From the NCBI GenBank assembly GCA_046484865.1, contig JAWOID010000061.1:1-64000 (forward strand): a DNA stretch of 64,000 nt, written 5' to 3'. The notes below the pieces were generated by a model, which saw only the letters and a program-made list of their open reading frames with translations, was not told where the DNA came from and ran no database searches. Source of the stretch: Candidatus Krumholzibacteriia bacterium. Its GTDB lineage: Bacteria; Krumholzibacteriota; Krumholzibacteriia; LZORAL124-64-63. Shown in pieces: positions 9,726 through 20,477 of the stretch. The position numbers were made by a program, and so were the translations under genes. Each line of letters opens with the position of its first letter. Within the stretch, counting starts at the first letter, position 1.

Positions 9726-9813
9726 GCGCTGAGCCTCTCGCCGGGGGGTTCGAACCGCAAGCTAGTCGCGCTGAGCCTCTCGCCGGGGGGTCCGAACCGC
9801 AACCTAGTCGCGC
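9726..9813. repeat. 42-bp tandem duplication (2 copies)
   Basis: GCGCTGAGCCTCTCGCCGGGGGGT(T/C)CGAACCGCAA(G/C)CTAGTC at 9726 and 9768. Confidence 0.85.
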
Positions 9814-9902
9814 CGATCCGGGCAGGCAAGCGCCGGAAGCCGCCGCGCCGGCCACGATGCGCCCGCGCCGGGCACGACCGCCGGGGCCGGCGGGAAGTCC
9901 GG

Positions 9903-10727
9903 TCACCGGCCGGGCGGAGGCGGCTCCGCCGCGACCCGCGCGATCGCGGCGTGCAGGGCGTCCAGCCCGTCGGTGAGCGCAGCGGGGCCCGGCTGCAGGA
10001 TGATCTCCGAGGGCACTTCCAGCAGCCGTCCCGGCTCCGCCAGCGGCGACGCGGCGAACCCCGGCCGGCGCAGGACCACCTCGGGGCGGAAGCGGGCGCC
10101 GCACCAGGACGCCAGCATCAACTCCGGCCGGCGCGCGAGGATCTCGGCCGGATCGGCGACGGTGCGCTCGGCCGCCAGGCGGCCGCCGCACAGGTCCGGA
10201 AAGACGTACTCGCCCCCGGCGATCTCCACCAGCTCCGCCACCCAGCCGATGGCCGTGATGATGGGCCGCGGCCACTCCTCGAAGTAGACCCGAGGACGGC
10301 GGGGCAGCGCTGCGGCTCGCCCGCGCACGTCATCGAGGCCCGACTGCAGCTCGACCGCCCAGCGGCGGCCGTCCTCGGCCCGGTCCACCAGCGCGCCGAC
10401 CGCCCGTACCACCTGCAGGATGTCTGCGACGCTGCGCTGGTTGAAGACCAGCACGTTGAGACCTCGTCGCAGGAGGGCGGCGGCGATGTCCGCCTGCAGG
10501 TCGGAGAATCCGATGACCAGGTCCGGCATCAGCTCGGCGATCCGGCCGAGATCGGCCCGCACGAACTGAGACACCACCGGCTTCTCGTCGCGGGCGCGGG
10601 GCGGCCGGCAGGTGTACTCGGTGATGCCGACAATGCGATCCTCCTCGCCCAGGTGGTAGAGGATCTCCGCCGGCTCCTCCGAGAGGCAGGCGATGCGACG
10701 GAAGCCGCCCGCGCCCGCGGTGCTCAT
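9903..10727 (-). CDS. BtuF/TroA-like cobalamin or siderophore-binding protein without a signal peptide
   Basis: RIACLSEEPAEILY.LG, PDLVIGFSDLQADI, RPRVYFEEW, LQPGPAALTDG motifs. Overlaps the pcm stop (ATGA). Confidence 0.85.
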   Translation of the reverse strand: MSTAGAGGFRRIACLSEEPAEILYHLGEEDRIVGITEYTCRPPRARDEKPVVSQFVRADLGRIAELMPDLVIGFSDLQADIAAALLRRGLNVLVFNQRSVADILQVVRAVGALVDRAEDGRRWAVELQSGLDDVRGRAAALPRRPRVYFEEWPRPIITAIGWVAELVEIAGGEYVFPDLCGGRLAAERTVADPAEILARRPELMLASWCGARFRPEVVLRRPGFAASPLAEPGRLLEVPSEIILQPGPAALTDGLDALHAAIARVAAEPPPPGR

Positions 10728-11503
10728 CGCGCTCCCTCGCCCTGGACCGGCACGAACCGCACCGCGCCCATCGAGCTGCGCTCCACCCGCCCGTCGGGCC
10801 GCTTGCGCACGACGGTCAGCTCCTGGGTGCCCCCGGACGGACCCAGCGGCGCGCAGATGGGACCGCCCGAACGCACCTGCTCCAGCAACGCCGGCGGGAT
10901 CTCGGGAGTGGCGAAGGTGATCAGGGCGGCATCGAAGGGCGCCTTGCCGGGCCAGCCGCGCCAGCCATCGCCGGCTCGCACCTGCACGCCGGCGTAGCCC
11001 AGCCGCTCGAGCGTGGCGCGGGCGGAATCGGCCAGTTCAGGGAAGTACTCGATCGTGAAGACGGAATCGGCCAGTTCCGCGAGCATGGCCGCCTGGTAGC
11101 CGCTGCCGGTGCCCAGTTCCAGCACGCGCTCGCCACCCTCCAGTTCGAGCGCGGCAGACATGAGCGCCACCACGTACGGCTGGCTGATGGTCTGACCGGC
11201 GCCGATGGGCAGCGGCGAATCGTCGTAGGCGCGCTCGCGCAGCGGTCCAGGGACGAACTCGTGCCGCGGCACTCGCCGCAACGCCTCGAGGACGCGCTCG
11301 TCGTCGATTCCGCGCCTCGCGATCAGCTCGACCATGCGCTCGCGGTCACGCCGCCACTGTTCGTCGCTCATGGTCCCCTCCTCGCTCTGCCGGGGCGTGC
11401 CCAGCGCCACCAGCAGCACCAGCAGCAGGACCACCGTCATGACCACCAGAACGATCGCCGCGGCGGCTCCCGCCGGCATCGTCTCTCGTTCTCCTGGCTC
11501 CAT
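10724..11503 (-). CDS. pcm: Protein-L-isoaspartate(D-aspartate) O-methyltransferase
   Basis: VPRHEFVP, AYDDSPLPIG.GQTISQP, VLELGTGSGYQAA, GDGWRGWP..APFD, VRFVP motifs. Start uncertain (alternative MSDEQ at about 11371). Confidence 0.93.
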   Translation of the reverse strand: MEPGERETMPAGAAAAIVLVVMTVVLLLVLLVALGTPRQSEEGTMSDEQWRRDRERMVELIARRGIDDERVLEALRRVPRHEFVPGPLRERAYDDSPLPIGAGQTISQPYVVALMSAALELEGGERVLELGTGSGYQAAMLAELADSVFTIEYFPELADSARATLERLGYAGVQVRAGDGWRGWPGKAPFDAALITFATPEIPPALLEQVRSGGPICAPLGPSGGTQELTVVRKRPDGRVERSSMGAVRFVPVQGEGAR

Positions 11504-11705
11504 GGTCTTCCTCCCGGAAATCCGTGCCCGTGCGGCGCGTTGCAACGGCGCTGTCGGCGGGACCGATCCCGCGACGCCGGCAACCGCCGAAGGTCGCCGC
11601 CGCCGGGTGCAACCAGGCGCGGCGCCGACTTCCGGTTTTGACCGGCGGCGAACGCCCGGTTAATCTGAGGTCGGATCCATTCACCCCGCCGAGAGGAGCG
11701 CGCAC

Positions 11706-13418
11706 ATGGCTGCGAGCACCGGTCCCGCCGTCCGGCCGGTTCCGCCCTGCCGCCCCCGTGCGCGTGCGCGGGTGCGACGCGCGGGGCGGGCGCTCCTGCC
11801 TGCGTCCGCGCCGCTCCCGGCCGCCCTTCCGGCCGCGCTCCCGGCCGCACTCCGGGCCGCTCTTCTGGCCGCGCTCCTGGCCGCTCCCGGCTGCCATGGC
11901 GGCCGCCCCGGTCCGGTGACCCGTCTGGGCGAGGATTCGCCGGCAGACCGCCTGCTTGAGCAGCTGACCGCGGCCTGCGACCCTCTGCCCGGACCGGCCG
12001 CGCCGGCCGCGACCCTCGTCTTCGCCCTGACGCACGGGGTGGATCCCGACCACGCTCCCGTGCCCGACAATGTAGCGGAACGCGTGGTCTTCCGGAACCT
12101 CTACGAGACGCTCCTGGAGGTGGACTGCGACGGCCGACTGCAGCCGGGGCTGGCCGAGACCTGGGAGCGGCGCGACGGTGGTGCCGCGTGGGTCTTCCGC
12201 CTGCGCAGCGGTGCCGTCTTCTGGGACGGAACGCCCGTGACCGCCCAGGCGGTGGTGGACTGCTGGACCACCGTGCGGAAGCTCAGCGCCGGCGCGGACC
12301 CGTCGCCGTGGTCCTGGCTAACGGTCCCGTCCCGTTCGGTCGTCGCCGTCGACGACCGCCATCTGCTGCTCCAGTTACCCGAGTCGAGCGACGATCTGCC
12401 GTTCCTGCTGGCGCATCCCGCGCTCGCGGTGGCGGACCGGCGGGCGGGATGGACCTGGCCGGTGGGCAGCGGGCCCTGCCGGCTGCGAGCCGACACGCCG
12501 GCGCCGCTGCCCGACCTGGTCTGCCGGCCCAACCTGCACCACCCCTCCGCTCCACGCTGGGAGCGCCTCACGTTCCGGGTGCTGCCCGGCGCCGACCCGC
12601 GCGACCTGCCGGCACGGGGCGCCGATCTCGTCCTCGTCTCCGACCGGCGCTCGCGCGAGTACCTCGAGGCGCTCGCGGGCTTCGTGGTGGCGCCGCTGCC
12701 GTGGGAACGCTTGCTGCTGCTGGTGCAGTCGGCGCGGACGGCGAGCCCGGGAATCGCCTGGAGTTCGCCTCTGGACCGGCAGGCCCTCGCACGCGACGCC
12801 ACCCTGGCGGACGCCATGGCCTGGGACGAGCCGTACCTGGCGCCCGTCCCCGGCGGCGAGTGTCCCCAGCTCTCGGGTCCTGTCCGCCACGGCCTGACGC
12901 AGCTTCTCGACCCGGACGCCTCGGTGGAGCAGCTGGAGGAAGGACTCCTGGTGTATCCGGACGGAGACGACGAGGCCGCCGAGATCGCGCAGCGGCTGGC
13001 CGTCCTCCAGCGCCGCGGCCGCGCCCGCGGTCTCGGCAGCGAGCAGTTCGCCCTCTCGTTGCGCGAGCGGATGGCGGCGGGCTACGTGCTGCCGGTGACG
13101 CGCGTCTTTCCCACCGCCTGCCTCCAGCTCTCGGCGCTGCTGGGACGTGCCGCCTGGCTGCAGCAGGCGGTGGTGGATGCCAGGGCGCTGCCCGGCACCC
13201 GGCGCGAGACGGCCCAGAACCAGGAACGCCTGCCCGAGGTCAGGCCGGGGCTCGAGACGGTGGTCCGCCGGCTGCTCGACGACGGCCTCGTCACTCCATT
13301 GCTGGTGGTGCGCCGCCATGTCGCCGCGCGCGCCGACGTGGCCGGCCTGCAGGTCGCATGGGACGGTACGCCGCTGGTCTCCGGGCTGGGGCGCCGGCCG
13401 CCCGAGGAATTGCCGTGA
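11706..13418 (+). CDS. Lipoprotein of the ABC solute-binding family 5 (OppA/SgrR-like), orphan
   Basis: Lipobox LLAAPGC; LYETLL..D.DGRLQPGLAETWE, W.FRLR.GA.FWDGTPVTA..V motifs. No permease or ATPase nearby. Confidence 0.75.
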   Translation: MAASTGPAVRPVPPCRPRARARVRRAGRALLPASAPLPAALPAALPAALRAALLAALLAAPGCHGGRPGPVTRLGEDSPADRLLEQLTAACDPLPGPAAPAATLVFALTHGVDPDHAPVPDNVAERVVFRNLYETLLEVDCDGRLQPGLAETWERRDGGAAWVFRLRSGAVFWDGTPVTAQAVVDCWTTVRKLSAGADPSPWSWLTVPSRSVVAVDDRHLLLQLPESSDDLPFLLAHPALAVADRRAGWTWPVGSGPCRLRADTPAPLPDLVCRPNLHHPSAPRWERLTFRVLPGADPRDLPARGADLVLVSDRRSREYLEALAGFVVAPLPWERLLLLVQSARTASPGIAWSSPLDRQALARDATLADAMAWDEPYLAPVPGGECPQLSGPVRHGLTQLLDPDASVEQLEEGLLVYPDGDDEAAEIAQRLAVLQRRGRARGLGSEQFALSLRERMAAGYVLPVTRVFPTACLQLSALLGRAAWLQQAVVDARALPGTRRETAQNQERLPEVRPGLETVVRRLLDDGLVTPLLVVRRHVAARADVAGLQVAWDGTPLVSGLGRRPPEELP

Positions 13419-15201
13419 GCCTGCGCTCGCGGCTCATCCTCGGCTCGGTGCTGCTGGTGCTGTTGCCCCTGGCGCTGCTCGGCGTGGGGGTGCGCCTGGA
13501 GATGCAGCGCCGGCTCACGGACCAGTTCAGCGAGCGGGTGGAGACGTTGATGAGGGCCAGCCGCGACGAGCTGGCCGCGACCTCCGCGCGCCTGGACCGT
13601 CAGCTCGCGGCCCTGGCGGCCGCGGCCCGGCGCGACAACGCCCTGACCCTCGGCGCGACCGGTCAGGCGGATGCCAGACCCTACCTGCTCGACTGGGCGG
13701 GCACCGCCATGCACGCCGCCGGCCTGGATCTGCTGCAACTGCGCGACCACCGCGGCGTCATCCTCTCGTCCGGACATCATCGCAACGAGTTCGACCGGCG
13801 TGATCCCGACCTGGTGGGCCACCTGACGGCGACCGGGGCGCCGGCCCTGCTGGAGTCGCGGCAGCCGGACGGCGAGCCGTTCCTGGTGCTGGCGCGGGCG
13901 GTGCCGGTGACCCTGGGCGGCCGGCTCCATCACCTGGTGGGCGGGCTGACGGTGGACGAGACCTGGCTGCGGCGCCTGTCGCCCGCCGGCCAGCTCGCCG
14001 TCAGCATCGTCTACCCGGGCGTGGCCATCTCGTCCGATCCGGCGCTCGCTGCGCGGTTCGACCGGTCCACGGAGGCGACGGCCACCCGTCCGCTCACGGT
14101 GGCGGCCCTGGCCGCGGACGGCGATCTGGTGCGCGTGCAGACGGTGCCCGTGATCCGACCGGAAGGGGCGGCGACCGGACTGCTGGCGATCAGTCATCCG
14201 GCCGCGCCACTGCGCGAGCTGCAGCGCAGCGTCGACGTCTGGCTGCTGCTGGCGGTGGCGCTGGCCGCGGTCGGATCGCTGCTGCTGGCGGTGGTCGTCT
14301 CCGATCGCGTCAGCCGTCCGCTGCGCGACCTCGCCGCACGCACGCGCCGACTCGATCTCGACCGTCTCGACGTCGCGTTCGCCGGTGGGGCGGCGGGCGG
14401 CCGGGACGACGAGGTGGGACAGCTCGCGCGGCTGCTGGACGAACTCGCCGCCCGCCTGCGGGCGAGCCTCGCCCGGGCGCGGGACGCCGAGCGCCGCGCC
14501 ACCCTGGGCGAGGTGGCCCGGCAGGTGAATCACGACGTGCGCAACGGTCTGACGCCGCTGCGCAACGTCGTGCGCCATCTGGCCGAGGTGGCGGCCGCGG
14601 CGCCGCAGGATCTGGCGCGGGTGTTCGCGGAACGGCGCGGCACGCTGGAGGCGGGACTCACGCACCTCGAGGCGCTCGCCGGCCACTACCGGCGGCTGTC
14701 GGTGCACGGCCGGGCCGAATCGTGCGATCTCGGCGCGGCGGCGCGCCAGGCCGCCGACGCGCTGCTGGGCTCCCCCGCCGGAGGGCGGCCGGGAGGCGTG
14801 CCGGTCGACCTGCGGGTCCGGGTGGCCGCGGGGCTGCCGCCGGTCGAGTCCGACCCGGTGAGCCTGCGCCGCATCCTGGACAACCTGCTGCGCAACGCGC
14901 TCGAGAGCCTTGCCGACGGCGGCGGTCGCGTGGAGATCAGCGTGGACCGGTCGCCGGACGGGGTGGTGCTCACGGTGGCGGATACCGGCTGCGGCATACC
15001 GCCCGCGGACCTCGAGCGCATCTTCGACGACTTCTACACCACCAAGCCCGCCGGCAGCGGGCTCGGGCTGAGCAACGTGCGCAGGCTGGTGGCCGACGCC
15101 GGCGGCGCCGTGACCGTCCGCAGCGATCCGGGCGCCGGCTCGGTATTCCGGGTGACGTTCCCCGTCGCCCGGGAAGCAGTCGTCACCGGGGAGCGTGACT
15201 C

Positions 15202-15205
<4 letters not shown>
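13415..15205 (+). CDS. HAMP-domain membrane sensor histidine kinase (NtrY-like)
   Basis: GTG start overlaps the previous stop. Two TMs, HAMP (RPLRDL...DEVGQLA), H-box RQVNHDVRNGLTPL, NLLRNA, DTGCGI, GSGLGL. Confidence 0.9.
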
Positions 15206-16626
<1,421 letters not shown>

Positions 16627-16674
16627 CACCGCCAGCCGACCGGTCGGGCCGGACCGCCGAGAATCCCGCCGGCC

Positions 16675-16715
16675 GTGTCCCGGCGGACACCGCGGGCACG
16701 TGTGCTGCCGGACAC
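16675..16715. promoter_or_regulatory. Two palindromic enhancer-like sites GTGTCC-N4-GGACAC and GTGTGC-N4-GGACAC
   Basis: Sites at 16675-16690 and 16700-16715, about 95-135 bp upstream of a -24/-12 element. Confidence 0.6.
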
Positions 16716-16808
16716 ACCCGACCTCCCCCTCGCTCGCCGGTGCGACGCCGCACGCCAGAACCTGTTGTCTCGAAGTCACTTGAACTGACTTGGCTCCCAC
16801 TGAGGCCC

Positions 16809-16823
16809 TGGTACCGCCCTTGC
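16809..16823 (+). promoter_or_regulatory. Sigma54 (-24/-12) promoter TGGTAC-CGCCC-TTGC
   Basis: Near match to TGGCAC-N5-TTGC with exact GG-N10-GC spacing, about 75 bp before the TPR start and just downstream of a bEBP gene. Confidence 0.75.
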
Positions 16824-16897
16824 GCTAAAGACGGTGTCCCGGTCGACGACGACGTGCCCCGCTCCGGCGGGGCGGCACCAGCCGAGGGAGAGAGATC

Positions 16898-18175
16898 ATG
16901 GATCGCGAGCACCTGAACGAGAAGCAGAAGCGGCACCTCCGCTTCGCCGAGGGCGGAATCATCTTCGTGGTCATCCTCGCGCTCACCATGTACGTGGGTG
17001 TGAAGTTCGCCGGGCAAGGTCCGGACACGGCATCGACGCCGCGCGGCGCTGCCGCGAGTGAGGGAGCCGAGTTGGTGGCGCCCGCGGCGGCCGGTGCCGG
17101 CGGGATGGCGGACGGGCGCGCGGTCGCGGTCGACGCCGTCGAGGCAGCAGGCGCGCCGGCGAGCGCAGCCGCCGAGGCCGATGTCCTGGCGGCGGCGGAG
17201 GCGCGTGATGTCAGCGCGACTTCCACCCGGCGCGGCCCCGTGAGCTACGCCGAGGCCGAGGCCGCCTACCTGGCCGGCGACTGGGCCGAGGCGGCAGATC
17301 TTTTCGATGCCTACACCGCGGAGCGGCCGGACAACGCATGGGGCCATTACATGCTCGGCCTCAGCCTCTGGAAGGGCGGAGACCTCGAGGGCGCCGAGGA
17401 TGCTCTCGAGACCGCACTCGCTCACCGCCCCGATCACCTCAAGAGCCGGATCAACCTCGGCCGGGTCCTGCTCGATCTGGAGCGGCCGTCCGAAGCCTTG
17501 ACGGTGCTCGAGGCGGCCCTGGCCGGAGCGCCGGAGTCCGCCGACGGACACCGGGTACTCGGGCGGGCGCTGCACGCGCTCGGTCGCAGCGAGGACGCGG
17601 CTGCGGCCTACCGGACGGCTCTGCTGCGCGACCCCGGCGACGCCTGGTCGCTGAACAACCTGGCCTTGCTGGCCATCGAGCAGGAGCGGTTCGCGGAGGC
17701 GGTGGCACCGGCGGCCCGAGCGGTGGAGTTGCGCGAGGACGTGGCCTGCTTCCACAACAACCTGGCCGTGGCGCTCGAGCGCACCGGCCGGCCGGCACTC
17801 GCGGCGGCCGCCTACGACGCGGCGCTCCGCGCCGACGCGGGGCACGAGCGCGCGGCCGTCAGCCTGGATCGTCTGGTCGCCCTGGGCGTCGACCCCGCCG
17901 ACACGGAACTGGACGTCGCCGCCCTGGCCGGCGGCTTCGATCCGGCCGCCGCGCTGGCCGCGGCCGAGGCCCTGACGGACCGCATCGCCGCACATGACTC
18001 GGAGGAGGCGGTCGCCGGCGCGGCCGCGGAGGACGTCGGTGGATCCGGGTCGGACGCCGCGGCGGAACCGGCAGCGGCAGGATCAGCGGCGGCGACCACC
18101 GGCACCGTGGCGCGTGCCGGGTCGCCCACGACCGAGACCGGGCCGGCCGCCGGAGGCGAGGTCGATCCCCGCTGA
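16898..18175 (+). CDS. Membrane-anchored tetratricopeptide-repeat protein
   Basis: One N-terminal TM, Ala-rich linker, about 6 TPR motifs (PDNAWGHYMLG, WSLNNLA, FHNNLA). Confidence 0.88.
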   Translation: MDREHLNEKQKRHLRFAEGGIIFVVILALTMYVGVKFAGQGPDTASTPRGAAASEGAELVAPAAAGAGGMADGRAVAVDAVEAAGAPASAAAEADVLAAAEARDVSATSTRRGPVSYAEAEAAYLAGDWAEAADLFDAYTAERPDNAWGHYMLGLSLWKGGDLEGAEDALETALAHRPDHLKSRINLGRVLLDLERPSEALTVLEAALAGAPESADGHRVLGRALHALGRSEDAAAAYRTALLRDPGDAWSLNNLALLAIEQERFAEAVAPAARAVELREDVACFHNNLAVALERTGRPALAAAAYDAALRADAGHERAAVSLDRLVALGVDPADTELDVAALAGGFDPAAALAAAEALTDRIAAHDSEEAVAGAAAEDVGGSGSDAAAEPAAAGSAAATTGTVARAGSPTTETGPAAGGEVDPR

Positions 18176-18216
18176 TCCGGAACGCGGACGGCTCCGTCGC
18201 CACCTGCCCACGAACA

Positions 18217-18247
18217 CCGAGGCCGCCGGGAACTCCGGCGGCCTCGG
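18217..18247. terminator. 13-bp GC stem-loop between convergent genes
   Basis: CCGAGGCCGCCGG-GAACT-CCGGCGGCCTCGG. Confidence 0.65.
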
Positions 18248-18282
18248 CATTTGTATCCACGTCGGCGATCCGGTCGCAGGCG

Positions 18283-18657
18283 TCAGGCGAGATCGTTCCA
18301 GTCCAGGACATCGAGCTGGTCACGCAACCGCACGAAGGCCGCACGCATGGCTGCCAGACGCTCCACCGCTCCGTCCAGGCTGCCGGCCTTCGAGAGCAAC
18401 TCCAGGTCGAGCGCCGCGCGGACGAACTCCACCGCGCCGAGGTTGGAGGCTCCGCCCTTCATGCCGTGGGCGGAGGTGGCCACCGCCGGCGCGTCGCCAG
18501 CGGCGATGAAGGCTTCGATCTCGGCCAGCTGGTCCGGACCGATCTCCACGAACATCTCTGCGACCTCGCGCAGCAGATCCGTGTCACCGTCGAGGTTCTC
18601 CAGGGCGGTGTCGAGATCGAGGGCGCAACCGCCGGTCGGGGCATCCTGCTGGGTCAT
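18283..18657 (-). CDS. Stand-alone Hpt phosphotransfer protein
   Basis: ALENLDGD.DLLREV and AHGMKGGASNLGA motifs. Confidence 0.9.
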   Translation of the reverse strand: MTQQDAPTGGCALDLDTALENLDGDTDLLREVAEMFVEIGPDQLAEIEAFIAAGDAPAVATSAHGMKGGASNLGAVEFVRAALDLELLSKAGSLDGAVERLAAMRAAFVRLRDQLDVLDWNDLA

Positions 18658-18783
18658 TTCCGTCTCCCGGGCTCTGGATGCGCGACCAGCTCACCCGCGC
18701 AGGTCGGTGCGCATCCGTCTCCCCAGGCTATCGACCCTCGCCGGCCCGGCTTGAACGATGGTTCGGCGCCGGCGGCGGCGCCG

Positions 18784-20355
18784 TCACTGGTTGCTCCCGC
18801 TCCCGCTCTCCGTCGATCCCGTACCGGAGCCGCCGCCGGTCCCGCCCCCTCTGCCCCTGCCGCCGCGACCGCGCTTGCCGCCGCCGCTCGGCCCGGCCGA
18901 ATCCGAGCCGGCCGGATCCGAGCCGGCCGCTCCGCCGGCCTTCTTGGCCGTCTTCTTGGCCGTCTTGCTGGCCGTCTTCTTGGCCGTCTTGCGAGCGGGC
19001 CTCGGAGCCGCCTTCTTCTTGGCGGACCTGGCGCCGGCCGCCTTCTCGGCGGGCGCCGTGTCGGCCGCCTTCCCGGGCTTCTCGGCGGAAACCTTCTCGG
19101 CCGGCTCTCCGGAGGGCTTCTCGGAAGTCTTCTCGGCAGGCCCCGCCGCCGGCCTGGCCGACTGTGCGGACGCCGGCGGCCGTTCACCGGACGCCGCGGT
19201 CTTCCGTGGCGCCTTGCGACGGGTCTTCTTCGCCTTCTTGCGCGCACCGTCCTCGGCTTCCGCCGTGGCCGGGTCCTGCCGGACCGGGCGGTCCTGCCGG
19301 GCCGACCGGCCGGCATCGCTCGCCGTCTTTCGGTCCTCTTCGCCCGTTGCCGCGGCGGTCGTGTCCCGCTCCCCGGCAGCGGCCGGCAATGCCGGTGCAT
19401 CCGGCTCTTCGCGACCCGGGTCCGCCGGCGCAGACGTCTCCTCCCCGTTGCCGGAGGCCCCCTGCTGGTCGGCGGTTCGCCCGCGACGGCCGCCGCGACG
19501 GCGGCGACCTCTCGTCCGCGGCGATGCCGTCTCCGGCTCCGTCGCCGGCGCGGCGGTGGGAGGCTCCGCGGGCTTGGGACCGGCCGCGCCCGTGGTCGCG
19601 CCGAGGCCCTGCACCACCCAGGTGCCGCCCGCGCGGGCGTCGCGGTCCACGGTGAGCAAGCCGTACCGCTTGGCATCCTCGAGCAGATCACCGAACGTGG
19701 AGTAGCCGTAGTTCGCCTCGTTGAAATCGGGCTGCTTCCGCTTCATCGTGTCCTTGATCAGCGAGGAGTAGAGCATGCCCCGGCTCTCCTGGAGCAAGCG
19801 CTGCGTGGTCTGGACCAGGAAGTCGAACAGCTTGCGCTTGTCCGGCGGCACGTGGGTCGCCGACTGGGTCACCCGGCCCATCGCGGTGCGGTAGATGTCG
19901 TCGTAGAAGATGAACTCGTCGCAGTTGCTGATGAGGAGGTGACTGCTCGAGTTGCGCATGCCGATGCCGAGCACCCGCTTGTTGTTCTCGCGCAGCTTGG
20001 ACACCAGCGGCGAGAAGTCGGAATCGCCCGACACGATGACGAAGGTGTCGATGTGATCCTTGGAGTAGCAGAGGTCGATCGCGTCCACGACCAGACGGAT
20101 ATCGGCGCTGTTCTTGCCGGAGATCTTGGGCGTGGGCACCTCGATGAGTTCGATGGCCGCCTCGTGGAGGGCCCCCATCTGCTCCTTGTAGTAGTGCCAG
20201 TCGGCGTAGGCTCGCTTGACGATGATCTTCCCCTTCTCCAGCACTCGCTGCAGGAGGAGCTTGATATCGAAGCGCTGCCGGGCGTCGCGCGCGCCGAGCG
20301 CCACGTTGTCGAAATCGATGAAGAGGGCGAGATTGGTCTCGCGCGGCTGGGACAT
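18784..20355 (-). CDS. NYN (LabA/DUF88) domain protein with an OST-HTH/LOTUS domain and a long basic disordered tail
   Basis: LALFIDFDN, KNSADIRLVVDA, VSGDSDFSPL, LIKDTMKRKQPDFNE.NYGYSTF.DLLEDA motifs; KTAKK repeats in the tail. Confidence 0.9.
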   Translation of the reverse strand: MSQPRETNLALFIDFDNVALGARDARQRFDIKLLLQRVLEKGKIIVKRAYADWHYYKEQMGALHEAAIELIEVPTPKISGKNSADIRLVVDAIDLCYSKDHIDTFVIVSGDSDFSPLVSKLRENNKRVLGIGMRNSSSHLLISNCDEFIFYDDIYRTAMGRVTQSATHVPPDKRKLFDFLVQTTQRLLQESRGMLYSSLIKDTMKRKQPDFNEANYGYSTFGDLLEDAKRYGLLTVDRDARAGGTWVVQGLGATTGAAGPKPAEPPTAAPATEPETASPRTRGRRRRGGRRGRTADQQGASGNGEETSAPADPGREEPDAPALPAAAGERDTTAAATGEEDRKTASDAGRSARQDRPVRQDPATAEAEDGARKKAKKTRRKAPRKTAASGERPPASAQSARPAAGPAEKTSEKPSGEPAEKVSAEKPGKAADTAPAEKAAGARSAKKKAAPRPARKTAKKTASKTAKKTAKKAGGAAGSDPAGSDSAGPSGGGKRGRGGRGRGGGTGGGSGTGSTESGSGSNQ

Positions 20356-20477
20356 GCAGGCCTCCTTGCTACCGGATGCGACCGGTGTCGCTCCGGTCAC
20401 GTCTCGGGTGGCTGCAGAATATACCCGCGGGATCGCGTGCGCCCAGCACAACTTCGTTCCATCCGAGGAGAGAAGCC

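Noticed and set aside
11814..11890. 12-bp LPAA-type repeats in the SBP leader (and AAAG repeats in the GH57 near 60110-60190)
   Set aside because: Ordinary low-complexity slippage in signal or linker regions.
16772..16791. IHF site between the enhancers and the sigma54 promoter
   Set aside because: AT-richer and suitably placed, but it does not match WATCAA-N4-TTR well enough to call.
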